From contig NZ_CP044222.1 of the NCBI RefSeq assembly GCF_008727795.1, forward strand, positions 3,632,686 through 3,696,685: a DNA stretch of 64,000 nt, given 5' to 3'. The stretch comes from Nitrincola iocasae (GTDB lineage: Bacteria > Pseudomonadota > Gammaproteobacteria > Pseudomonadales > Balneatricaceae). Below the pieces are notes generated by a model. That model made no database searches. It was given only the letters and a program-made list of their open reading frames with translations, and had not been told where the DNA came from. Below are positions 41,091 through 50,461 of this stretch, in pieces. Position numbers and translations under genes: made by a program. How positions within the stretch are numbered: the stretch's first letter is position 1; each line of letters opens with the position of its first letter.

Positions 41091-41331
41091 TGAAAACTCC
41101 GCATTAAGTCTAATAAACGCTCAGAGTAGCCTAAAGCCAGCGTAACTGACAGCGAGCAATATGCTCCAGTAGGGTATTTACGGAGGCATACTCAAGACTT
41201 CTGACGAGTTTGGCATAAGCGTTGAAGAGAAAACTATTGCATTATGTGATAAAAAACTCACTAATCTGTTACGAAATGCTAGCGCACCTATTAAAATCTA
41301 CAATCACTCACCCCTTGGTTAAGGATCATCC

Positions 41332-42546
41332 ATGAATTTGCCGACCACACAGTCAACGCAAGTCATCGTTGTAAGCAATTCTTCAGATAATCCCTTTGCT
41401 ATTGATGTCGCTTATGCCATGAATCAACGCGAAGACATTGCCGACCTGATCAGCATGAAGCAATTCATGAATACTGAGTTTTGCCCTCGATTTATTTCTG
41501 ACGAAGCGGATTTTGATCATATCGGTCGTACCCTCAAGGGGAAGAGTGTCATCATTGTCAGTACCGGGAGCCATATAAAAAGCCGGCAGGAATTGGCCAT
41601 GGCAAATTTAATTATCGCGAGGGCTGCGAAAGAAAATGGTGCGAAGCGGGTGATTTTGGTTGAGCCGGACTTGTTCTACAGTGCTCAGGACCGTGGCCCC
41701 TATCAGGATTCAGGTCAAACCCATCTTGAACGAGATATCCATGACATAAAGAAATTCGACGGCCAACCCTTTACGGCCAAACTTTACGCCCAGGTGCTGA
41801 AGCTTTCTGGTGTAGATACCGTCATGACCGTTCATAACCATTCCGAGTCAGTGCAAAAAATCTTTTCCGATGTGTTTGAAGGTGATTTTCATAACTTAAT
41901 CCCTTATCAGATCTATGCACATTATCTGTTAAATTCAAACATACTGACCTACGGCGATGACGGTGAAGGGCTGGTGCTTTGCGCGCCGGATAAAGGTGCG
42001 CGTGAATTCGTAAAAGAAATGTATAAATCCCTGGGCTTAAGCAAAGCAAAATTTATCATGCTCGACAAAGAGCGTACCGCTGAGCGAAAGGTGGAAATCA
42101 CCTTGCATAAAGAAAGCGAACACACCTTCGACGGCTTAGAGGGTTCCAGTATCATATTATTTGATGACATGGTGCGGACGGGATCTACAGTGGTGAAATC
42201 CTGCCAATTTCTACAGCAAATAAAGCCGCAACGCATGGTATTTGCTGTCACTCATTTTTATGCCAGTGACGAAGGGCGGGAACGTATGGCCCACCCAACT
42301 ATTGATGAAATTTTAACGCTGAATACATTACCAACAATTTTGAACCGTGATGAACAAGGGCGGTTACGTAAAAAAATGGTGGTTTTAAAAGTAGAAAAGT
42401 GGTTAGCGCAAGAGCTACTTACGCTTCTCAACTTACCCCAAGTTCAACAACAGGAAGCTAACCCCTATAAAATTGATATGTCATCTAAAAACCCTCGTTT
42501 TAAGCGCAAAATCTCGTTCAGTGAAGAGCTCTCTGAGTTGAAGTAA
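41332..42546 (+). CDS. Divergent ribose-phosphate pyrophosphokinase (Prs)-like protein with a C-terminal extension of about 90 aa.
   Basis: It aligns by eye to both PRTase-fold halves of Prs (..VEPDLFYSAQDR versus Prs ..YFGYARQDR; ILFDDMVRTGST versus LVDDMIDTGGT). It is 404 aa against about 315 aa for canonical Prs. Confidence 0.6.
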   Translation: MNLPTTQSTQVIVVSNSSDNPFAIDVAYAMNQREDIADLISMKQFMNTEFCPRFISDEADFDHIGRTLKGKSVIIVSTGSHIKSRQELAMANLIIARAAKENGAKRVILVEPDLFYSAQDRGPYQDSGQTHLERDIHDIKKFDGQPFTAKLYAQVLKLSGVDTVMTVHNHSESVQKIFSDVFEGDFHNLIPYQIYAHYLLNSNILTYGDDGEGLVLCAPDKGAREFVKEMYKSLGLSKAKFIMLDKERTAERKVEITLHKESEHTFDGLEGSSIILFDDMVRTGSTVVKSCQFLQQIKPQRMVFAVTHFYASDEGRERMAHPTIDEILTLNTLPTILNRDEQGRLRKKMVVLKVEKWLAQELLTLLNLPQVQQQEANPYKIDMSSKNPRFKRKISFSEELSELK

Positions 42547-42559
42547 AGGGCTATGCCCC

Positions 42560-43069
42560 TTACCCAAGCATTTTAGGGCGCTCTGCCAAAGGCGTAGAGA
42601 AGGTATGCTCCATATCCCAGGGAAACCGTATCCAGGTATCCTGGCTAACCTCAGTAATAAACGTATCCACCAGCGGCTTTCCGGCTGGCTTGGCATAAAG
42701 GGTGGCAAAGTGTGCTTTCGGCAACATCTCGCGAACATGACGCGCCGTTTTGCCAGTATCCACCAGGTCATCAATCAGAATCATTCCTTCACCATCACCA
42801 GCAACGCCCTTGAGCACCGTGAGATCACCCTGGGCGGCGGCGGTACCGTAAGTGTCACTTTTCTGATAGCTCACTACACAGATGGTATCAATCATGCGGA
42901 TATCCATCTCACGTGCCAATATTGCTGCGGGGACCAGGCCACCACGGGTAATCGCAATAATGCCGTTCCATTGGCCCTTATCCAAGAGTCGCCAGGCTAG
43001 TGCGCGGGCATTACGGTGCAGCTCTTCCCAGCCGACAGGAAAGTCCATCCGGTAGTGGTGTTCAGTCAT
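42560..43069 (-). CDS. gpt: Xanthine-guanine phosphoribosyltransferase.
   Basis: Near-collinear match to E. coli Gpt ([21 protein letters not shown]...[17 protein letters not shown]...DTWIRFPWD). Confidence 0.9.
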   Translation of the reverse strand: MTEHHYRMDFPVGWEELHRNARALAWRLLDKGQWNGIIAITRGGLVPAAILAREMDIRMIDTICVVSYQKSDTYGTAAAQGDLTVLKGVAGDGEGMILIDDLVDTGKTARHVREMLPKAHFATLYAKPAGKPLVDTFITEVSQDTWIRFPWDMEHTFSTPLAERPKMLG

Positions 43070-43332
43070 GGTGCATTCTCCGAGTCGCAATTGTGACGAC
43101 TTAGGTTAGAGGGATTGATCGATTTTGACAAAGACGATCAACAAATCAATTATTTATTATTTTATATTATACTTACAGCGCAGAAACCATTAAGTTGACC
43201 AATTGATCAATTTTTTGGCACAAGACTTGCCACCAAGTCTCGTGATAGTACCGTGACACTCTATTCAGACGTCAGCAACAGTTAACGTCTCTGAAATGAA
43301 TTATGCTGGCTAAACATGAAAAGGTAACCCTT

Positions 43333-44625
43333 ATGCTTGAACGTCTTTTCCAACTTGAAGCCCACAATACCTCGGTTCGAAACGAGATAATCGGTGGCAT
43401 AACCACTTTCCTGACCATGGCGTATATTATATTCGTCAACCCGGCGATGCTGGCGCAAGCCGGTATGGATCAGGGAGCCGTCTTTGTCGCCACCTGCCTT
43501 GCAGCCGCCATAGGTTGTTTAATTATGGGGCTTTATGCGAACTACCCGATCGCACTTGCACCAGGAATGGGCTTAAATGCCTTCTTCACCTACGGCGTTG
43601 TTCTCGGCATGGGGTATTCCTGGGAAGTCGCACTGGGGGCCATCTTCCTTTCGGGTGTGATATTCGTTTTTATCAGCATCTTCAAGATTCGCGAGTGGAT
43701 CATTAACTCCATTCCAGCCTCATTGAAACTCGGTATTGCAGCCGGCATCGGTTTGTTCCTGGCGATCATCGCCCTGAAAAATGCCGGTATTGTAGTTGAG
43801 CATCCGGCCACGCTGGTTACGCTCGGTGATCTGTCTACACCACCAGCCATCTATGGCCTTCTCGGCTTTTTTGTGATTGCAGCGCTGGCTTATCTGAGGG
43901 TAACCGGTGCAGTCATGATCGGTATTTTGAGCATCACGGTGCTTGCCATCATTTTAGGACACAATGAATTTGGCGGACTTGTCTCCATGCCGCCGTCCAT
44001 TGCACCAACTTTCTTAGCCATGGATATTGCCGGTGCTTTTGAAGTAGGCATGATCAGTGTGATTTTTGCTTTCCTGTTTGTCGATCTGTTTGATACAGCC
44101 GGTACACTCATCGGTGTCGGCGAGCGCGGCAAATTACTGGATGAAGACGGCAAACTACCCCGGATCAAAAAAGCCCTGCTGGCCGACTCTACAGCAACCG
44201 TTGTCGGCGCTTCACTGGGTACATCATCAACCACCAGCTACATCGAAAGCGCCGCCGGTGTTGCTGCGGGTGGGCGCACCGGCCTGACGGCCGTAGTGGT
44301 TGCGATACTGTTTCTGGTGAGTTTGTTTTTTGCACCTTTAGCTGGCTCCATTCCCGCTTACGCCACAGCGGGTGCACTGTTGTACGTGGCTGTATTGATG
44401 ACAGGCAGTCTATCCAAAGTCGACTGGGACGACGTGTCTGAAGCCGCCCCGGTACTGATTGCAGCCCTGACCATGCCACTGACCTTCTCCATTGCCCATG
44501 GTATAGCGCTGGCATTTATCAGCTACGCCGCCATCAAGCTCTTCTCTGGACAGGGTAAGCAGGTCAGCATTAGCGTCTATGCGCTGGCAGTCTTCTTTGT
44601 GGTTAAATTTATATTCTTTCCTTGA
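43333..44625 (+). CDS. AzgA/NCS2-family purine (guanine/hypoxanthine/adenine) permease.
   Basis: MLERLFQLEAHNTSVRNEIIGGITTFLTMAYIIFVNP matches the GhxP/AdeQ-type N-terminus. Confidence 0.85.
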   Translation: MLERLFQLEAHNTSVRNEIIGGITTFLTMAYIIFVNPAMLAQAGMDQGAVFVATCLAAAIGCLIMGLYANYPIALAPGMGLNAFFTYGVVLGMGYSWEVALGAIFLSGVIFVFISIFKIREWIINSIPASLKLGIAAGIGLFLAIIALKNAGIVVEHPATLVTLGDLSTPPAIYGLLGFFVIAALAYLRVTGAVMIGILSITVLAIILGHNEFGGLVSMPPSIAPTFLAMDIAGAFEVGMISVIFAFLFVDLFDTAGTLIGVGERGKLLDEDGKLPRIKKALLADSTATVVGASLGTSSTTSYIESAAGVAAGGRTGLTAVVVAILFLVSLFFAPLAGSIPAYATAGALLYVAVLMTGSLSKVDWDDVSEAAPVLIAALTMPLTFSIAHGIALAFISYAAIKLFSGQGKQVSISVYALAVFFVVKFIFFP

Positions 44626-44947
44626 GTCCCGCGGGCTGCAGTCTGGCAACGACTGACTGCAGCCCTGATGCTTCGCACTTTTTCTTAATCCACCTGAAAC
44701 ACCTAACGCTAGTATCCCCTACTGACTCGGTTTGTAGATTAACCTTGGATATTCCATAGCTGAAATAGCAAACTTGGCAAGCTTCCTGCATTTCTTGACT
44801 GTACAGTCAGGTTTTATTTGATCTATAGTTGATTAAAGCACTTGGACTTTTTCCTCGGTCGGGAAAGACTATTAGCATTTGATTCACACAAATCCATTGT
44901 TAGTCAGTTACTTAAGGCCAGAAAACACGCATTTAGGAAGCATTGAT

Positions 44948-46417
44948 ATGCAATTTATGCTGAATCAAACACACATCCAACTGGATGAGTGTGCACCAGA
45001 TACCACCCTGTTGGAGTATCTTCGCACCCATCTGGTGCAACGCGGCACCAAAGAAGGCTGCGCATCGGGTGATTGTGGCGCCTGTACGGTGGTATTGGCT
45101 GAATCAGGCGGAGACGGTTTGCGCTACCGCGCTATCAACAGTTGCATTACCTATCTGGGAGCTGTCGATGGCTGTCAGGTGATTACGGTTGAAGGGTTAA
45201 GTCATCAGTCTGGGCAGTTGCACCCGGTGCAACAGGCGATGGTGGATCAACATGCCTCACAGTGTGGCTTTTGTACGCCGGGATTTGTGATGTCGCTGTT
45301 CGCCCTCACACATCAGCCGCAAGAGCCACACGACACCACACCTACCGAGCGGATTCATCAGGCGCTCGGCGGCAACCTGTGCCGTTGCACCGGCTATCGA
45401 CCTATCATCGATGCCGCCAAAAGCTTATTGTCGGTCCCGCTGCCAGATGCTTTCAATGAACGGGAAGACCATGTACACCGCCAACTCAATGATTGGACTG
45501 CAATCAACGAGGACGGCTGCATAACACTCAAGGCGGGTGAAAGCCGTGTCTTTGCCAGTCCTCGTAGCAGTGAGGCGCTATTGAATTGTTTAGCACACTA
45601 TCCGCAAGCGCGACTGGTTGCGGGAGGCACCGATCTGGCACTGGAAAGCACACAGCAATTGCATAGTCTGCCCCAATTAATTTACACCGGCCGCGTGGCT
45701 GAAATGCGCCAGATCAGTGAACGGGAAGATGCATTGGTGATTGGTGCCGCCGTTACCTACAGCGAAGCCGAGCCGATACTGACACATGCCTTTCCGGCGT
45801 TAGCTGGCCTGCTGCATCGTCTGGGCTCTCTGCAGGTACGTAATCAGGGCACGCTGGGAGGCAATATTGCCAATGCCTCTCCGATCGGTGATATGCCACC
45901 GGTACTGCTGGCGCTGGATGCCCAATTACGTATCCGCGATGCCGAGGGTGTCATCGACATGCCGATCCGTGAATTTTTCACTGGTTATCGACAAACCCGC
46001 TTACCACCTGGAGGCTTTATTGAAGCGCTGATCCTACCTCGCCTTCAGCCTGACAGTTTTTTGCGTATCTACAAATTATCGAAACGTCTGGATGATGATA
46101 TCTCCGCAGTGTGCCTGGCCATGCATCTGCAACTGGATCAGGACCGTATTGTCAGCGCCCGACTGGGTTTGGGTGGTATGGCAGCCACACCGGCACGTGC
46201 GTATCAGGCAGAAGCCGCCTTGATTGGCCAGCCTTTCACCCCCGAAGGGATACGCGCGGCGCAAAGGGCGTTAGCTGCTGACTTTACCCCGCTCACTGAT
46301 GTGCGCGCCAGTGCCGAATACCGGTTACGTAGCGCCAGCAATTTATTGCTGCGGGCCGTCCTGGAATATCAGGGTCATTCATCTTTGGAGGTAAGTTATC
46401 ATGCGCACACTGGCTGA
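44948..46417 (+). CDS. xdhA: Xanthine dehydrogenase small subunit ([2Fe-2S] plus FAD-binding).
   Basis: Iron-sulfur motifs CASGDCGACTV and CGFCTPGF..CRCTGY, followed by an FAD-binding domain. Start placed at the ATG at 44948, which is preceded by AGGAAG. Confidence 0.85.
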   Translation: MQFMLNQTHIQLDECAPDTTLLEYLRTHLVQRGTKEGCASGDCGACTVVLAESGGDGLRYRAINSCITYLGAVDGCQVITVEGLSHQSGQLHPVQQAMVDQHASQCGFCTPGFVMSLFALTHQPQEPHDTTPTERIHQALGGNLCRCTGYRPIIDAAKSLLSVPLPDAFNEREDHVHRQLNDWTAINEDGCITLKAGESRVFASPRSSEALLNCLAHYPQARLVAGGTDLALESTQQLHSLPQLIYTGRVAEMRQISEREDALVIGAAVTYSEAEPILTHAFPALAGLLHRLGSLQVRNQGTLGGNIANASPIGDMPPVLLALDAQLRIRDAEGVIDMPIREFFTGYRQTRLPPGGFIEALILPRLQPDSFLRIYKLSKRLDDDISAVCLAMHLQLDQDRIVSARLGLGGMAATPARAYQAEAALIGQPFTPEGIRAAQRALAADFTPLTDVRASAEYRLRSASNLLLRAVLEYQGHSSLEVSYHAHTG

Positions 46418-48746
46418 AACCCCTCCAACAACACTGACTGAACAATCATTCGGCGGTGTAGGTACCACGGTACCCCATGACAGTGCCCGACAACATGTAA
46501 TGGGAACGGCACGCTATGTGGATGATATCGCTGAACCCCAGGGCACACTTTACGCAGCGGTTATCGGCAGTCGGATCGCCAAGGGGCGTATCCGTTCACT
46601 CGACCTGAAAGCGGTTGCTGCAGCCCCCGGAGTAGTTGCTCTGCTGACACTGGATGATGTACCCGGTCATACCGATATTGGCCCGGTATTCCCCGGCGAT
46701 CCCATTTTGACTCAGAGTGACATACGTTATGCTGGCCAGCCTATCGCACTGGTGGCTGCCATTAGTGAAAAAGCCGCCCGTCAGGCCGCACTGCTGGCTC
46801 AGATTGACTACGACGCCCAGACACCACAACTGGATGCTGAAACCGCGCTGGCTAACCAGCAGCTATTAAGGCCCAGCCACCGTATGCAACTGGGGGATTG
46901 TGCAACCGCCTTGCAGCAGGCCCCTATTCAACTGAGCGCCAAGATGCAGGTTGGAGGGCAAGAACATCTATACCTGGAAGGCCAGGTCAGCCTGGCGGTA
47001 CCGGGTGAAGATGGCGACATGCTCATTTACACCTCCAGCCAACACCCCAGTGAGGTACAAAAACTGGTGGCAGAGGTATTAAACCAACCTCTGCACAAGG
47101 TCACTGTGGATATGCGCCGCATGGGCGGTGGCTTTGGTGGCAAGGAAACCCAAGCGGCGCCTTGGGCCTGTCTCGCCGCACTGATGGCGGCTAAAACCGG
47201 ACAGGCCGTCAAGCTGCGTCTGCCGCGCAAAGACGATATGGTCATGACCGGTAAGCGTCATCCGTTTGTGAACCGATACCATATCGGCTGTGACGAGCAG
47301 GGTCGACTGCTGGCAGCCGATATAGAAGTGATCGGAAACGGGGGGCACTCTCCCGATCTGACTGACGCCATCGTCGATCGTGCCATGTTTCATGCCGATA
47401 ACGCCTACTTCCTGCCCAATGCCGATATTCGTGGCCACCGGGTCGCCACCGATACTGTCTCGCATACAGCATTTCGCGGTTTCGGTGGCCCGCAAGGCAT
47501 GCTGATTATTGAACGTGCCATGGATGATATTGCCCGGCACCTGGGTTGTGACCCACTGGATATCCGCAAGCGCAATCTCTACGCTGAGAAAAGGGATCTG
47601 ACCCCTTATCATCAGCAGGTGGAGTTTGCCACGCTGCAGCGGTTGGTGACGGAACTGGAACAAAGCAGTGATTACTGGGCGCGGCGCAAAGCGATTACCC
47701 AGTGGAATAACGGCAGCGCGATTCTCAAGCGTGGACTGGCACTGACGCCGGTGAAGTTTGGCATCTCCTTTACCCTGCAGCACCTGAATCAGGCGGGGGC
47801 TTTGCTACACATTTACACCGATGGCAGTATCCAGCTTAACCACGGTGGCACAGAAATGGGTCAGGGGCTACACACCAAGGTAGCCCAGGTGGTGGCCAGT
47901 ACGCTGGGGGTGGATCTGCAGCAGATACGCATTACTGCTACACGCACGGACAAAGTCCCCAACACCTCACCCACCGCCGCCTCCAGTGGTTCTGATCTGA
48001 ATGGCAAAGCCGCCGAACAGGCCGCTCTGACACTCAAGCAGCGACTGAGTGACTTTCTTGCCGAACAACAGGCTGTACCACTGTCGCAGATACGTTTTTC
48101 TGACAATCAGGTCTGGTGGGATGATCATCAGTCAGTGACTTTTGCTGAGCTGGTGCAACAGGCCTATCTGGCCAGAATCTCACTCTCGGCTACCGGCTAT
48201 TACCGTACCCCGAAAATCTGGTATGACCGGGAAAAAGCCCAAGGCCGTCCTTTCTTTTATTTCGCCACAGGTGCCGCCGTATCCGAAGTTATTATCGACA
48301 GCCTGACCGGCGAGTATCGGCTACTTCAGACTGACATTCTTCATGATGTCGGCAAGAGCCTGAACCCGGCTATCGATATTGGCCAGATTGAAGGTGGATT
48401 TATTCAGGGTATGGGCTGGTTGACCACCGAGGAGCTGGTCTGGAATGCAGAGGGGCAGTTACTGAGTAATTCACCTGCTACCTATAAAATTCCGGCGATC
48501 AGTGACACCCCGCCAATATTTAATGTCAGGCTGTTTGAGCAAGCCAATGCTGAAGCCACGATTTATCACTCCAAAGCGGTCGGTGAGCCACCACTTATGC
48601 TGGCAATCTCTGTCTGGTCAGCGCTGCGCGATGCCATTAGCAGTCTCAGTGATTACCGCATCAGTCCGGATCTGGATACCCCCGCCACACCGGAGCGGGT
48701 ACTGGCTGCCATTGAGGCATTAAAAAAACAACAGGAGGCTAGCTGA
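46401..48746 (+). CDS. xdhB: Xanthine dehydrogenase molybdopterin-binding large subunit.
   Basis: 781-aa aldehyde oxidase/xanthine dehydrogenase molybdopterin domain (GGGFGGKE, AFRGFGGPQG). Confidence 0.9.
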   Translation: MRTLAETPPTTLTEQSFGGVGTTVPHDSARQHVMGTARYVDDIAEPQGTLYAAVIGSRIAKGRIRSLDLKAVAAAPGVVALLTLDDVPGHTDIGPVFPGDPILTQSDIRYAGQPIALVAAISEKAARQAALLAQIDYDAQTPQLDAETALANQQLLRPSHRMQLGDCATALQQAPIQLSAKMQVGGQEHLYLEGQVSLAVPGEDGDMLIYTSSQHPSEVQKLVAEVLNQPLHKVTVDMRRMGGGFGGKETQAAPWACLAALMAAKTGQAVKLRLPRKDDMVMTGKRHPFVNRYHIGCDEQGRLLAADIEVIGNGGHSPDLTDAIVDRAMFHADNAYFLPNADIRGHRVATDTVSHTAFRGFGGPQGMLIIERAMDDIARHLGCDPLDIRKRNLYAEKRDLTPYHQQVEFATLQRLVTELEQSSDYWARRKAITQWNNGSAILKRGLALTPVKFGISFTLQHLNQAGALLHIYTDGSIQLNHGGTEMGQGLHTKVAQVVASTLGVDLQQIRITATRTDKVPNTSPTAASSGSDLNGKAAEQAALTLKQRLSDFLAEQQAVPLSQIRFSDNQVWWDDHQSVTFAELVQQAYLARISLSATGYYRTPKIWYDREKAQGRPFFYFATGAAVSEVIIDSLTGEYRLLQTDILHDVGKSLNPAIDIGQIEGGFIQGMGWLTTEELVWNAEGQLLSNSPATYKIPAISDTPPIFNVRLFEQANAEATIYHSKAVGEPPLMLAISVWSALRDAISSLSDYRISPDLDTPATPERVLAAIEALKKQQEAS

Positions 48747-49603
48747 TGATCCGTTGGAGCGATGCCCTGGCTGAATGTCAGCGCACTGGTCAATCCCATG
48801 TACTGGTCAGTGTCATCAGTACCGAAGGGTCCGTACCGCGCAACCCCGGCAGCAAAATGCTGGTGACTGAAGACACTTTGATAGACACCCTGGGCGGAGG
48901 CAATCTGGAGTGGCATGCCCTGGAATACGCGCGCCAACTCTTGTCTGAGGGAAAAAACGTTCAACGCCTGCAGAAATTTCCACTGGCGGCGGCGCTGGGA
49001 CAGTGTTGCGGCGGCCATGCCACGCTGCTGTTTGAGTGCTTTTGTCACGTCAGCCACTCGCTGTGGCTATTTGGTGCCGGTCATGTCGGACATGCCCTGA
49101 GCAAGATATTGCAAGACCTGCCGCTCAGGCTTAACTGGGTTGATAATCGTCCAGCGCAATTTCCAGTCGATTTAGCGGCTGATATTATCCAGCACCACCC
49201 AGAAGCGCCCACCGATGTGTTTAATCAGATGAGGCCCAACGACTCTCTGCTGATCATGACCCACTCGCATGATCTGGATTACCGCCTGTGTGAAGCGGCC
49301 TTAACACAACAGCATCAAGGGTTTATCGGTTTAATTGGCTCAGATACCAAAGCCGCTCGCTTTCGTCATCGCCTCAGGCATGCCGGGTTTAGCACCGATG
49401 AAGTTAACCGTATCGAGTGCCCGGTCGGGGTGACTGGCATAGGGGGAAAGCGCCCCATGGAAGTCGCGGTGTCCATTGCCGCACGTGTCATTCAGCACTA
49501 CCGCAGCCAATTACCCGATGAGAGCATCCATCAAGGTCTATCAAGAACAGAGCAGGCCGAACTGAACAGGCAATTACAAGAGACCCACCATGACACTGAA
49601 TGA
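48746..49603 (+). CDS. xdhC: Xanthine dehydrogenase accessory/maturation protein XdhC.
   Basis: Operon position and XdhC/CoxI-like sequence. Confidence 0.8.
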   Translation: MIRWSDALAECQRTGQSHVLVSVISTEGSVPRNPGSKMLVTEDTLIDTLGGGNLEWHALEYARQLLSEGKNVQRLQKFPLAAALGQCCGGHATLLFECFCHVSHSLWLFGAGHVGHALSKILQDLPLRLNWVDNRPAQFPVDLAADIIQHHPEAPTDVFNQMRPNDSLLIMTHSHDLDYRLCEAALTQQHQGFIGLIGSDTKAARFRHRLRHAGFSTDEVNRIECPVGVTGIGGKRPMEVAVSIAARVIQHYRSQLPDESIHQGLSRTEQAELNRQLQETHHDTE

Positions 49604-50096
49604 ACTCAATCAACTCGATCCGCAGGCGGCGGCTACCTGCTTCCGTCAATGCTGCGTCAGTGAGGCCTGGGTGCAGGGCATGCTTCAGGCGCGGCCTTTC
49701 AGCAGTGAAGCATCATTGTTTGCTGAGGCCTCGCGCATCTGGGCGGGACTCGAAAGAAATGATTATCTACAAGCCTTTGAAGGCCACCCGAAAATTGGCG
49801 ACGTCAGCTCTCTGCGAGCAAAATATGCCGACACCAAAGCGCTGGCTGCAGGCGAACAATCCTCTGTGGACAGTGCCAATGAAGCGACGATCAACGCACT
49901 GGCTGAAGGTAATCAGCAGTATGAAGCCCGCTTTGGCTATATTTTTATTGTCTGTGCTACAGGCAAGTCAGCTGAGGAAATGCTGGCACTACTGACAGAG
50001 CGATTACACAACGATACGGAAACAGAAATTCACCTGGCGGCTGCAGAGCAAAACAAAATCACTCAGATCCGCTTACAAAAATTACTTCAAAATTGA
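49590..50096 (+). CDS. uraD: OHCU decarboxylase.
   Basis: OHCU_decarbox-like N-terminus. Located between xdhC and uraH. Confidence 0.8.
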   Translation: MTLNELNQLDPQAAATCFRQCCVSEAWVQGMLQARPFSSEASLFAEASRIWAGLERNDYLQAFEGHPKIGDVSSLRAKYADTKALAAGEQSSVDSANEATINALAEGNQQYEARFGYIFIVCATGKSAEEMLALLTERLHNDTETEIHLAAAEQNKITQIRLQKLLQN

Positions 50097-50116
50097 TCTA
50101 GACAAGCAGGACAAGT

Positions 50117-50458
50117 ATGAGCCAAATAACAACCCATGTACTGGATACAGCCAAAGGCCACCCCGCCGCAGGCATTCCCATCAGCCTTTTTCATCTGGAC
50201 AAGGGCAACTGGATTGAAATCAGCCAGGGAGTCACTAACCAGGACGGTAGAATTGCCGACCTGCTGGCGGATGGCATCACTTTAGCCGCAGGCCGTTACC
50301 GTATGCGCTTTATGCTGGAGGGCTATTTCAGCTCACAGGATCAGCCCACCTTTTATCCCCAGGTCGATATAGAGTGTAACCTGAGTGGTGCTGGCGATCA
50401 TTACCACATTCCCCTGTTGATCAGCCCGTTTGGCTATACCACCTATCGAGGTTCCTGA
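50117..50458 (+). CDS. uraH: 5-hydroxyisourate hydrolase (transthyretin-like).
   Basis: 113 aa ending in the HIUase signature YRGS. Confidence 0.9.
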   Translation: MSQITTHVLDTAKGHPAAGIPISLFHLDKGNWIEISQGVTNQDGRIADLLADGITLAAGRYRMRFMLEGYFSSQDQPTFYPQVDIECNLSGAGDHYHIPLLISPFGYTTYRGS

Positions 50459-50461
50459 GAC

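Noticed and set aside
47079-47783. 234-aa minus-strand ORF inside xdhB, with other long antisense ORFs in ureC, the ABC ATPase and the amidohydrolase (8113-8559, 9106-9669, 25731-26234, 54927-55484).
   Set aside because: All are embedded antisense in well-supported conserved genes. They are typical spurious ORFs in GC-rich coding DNA.
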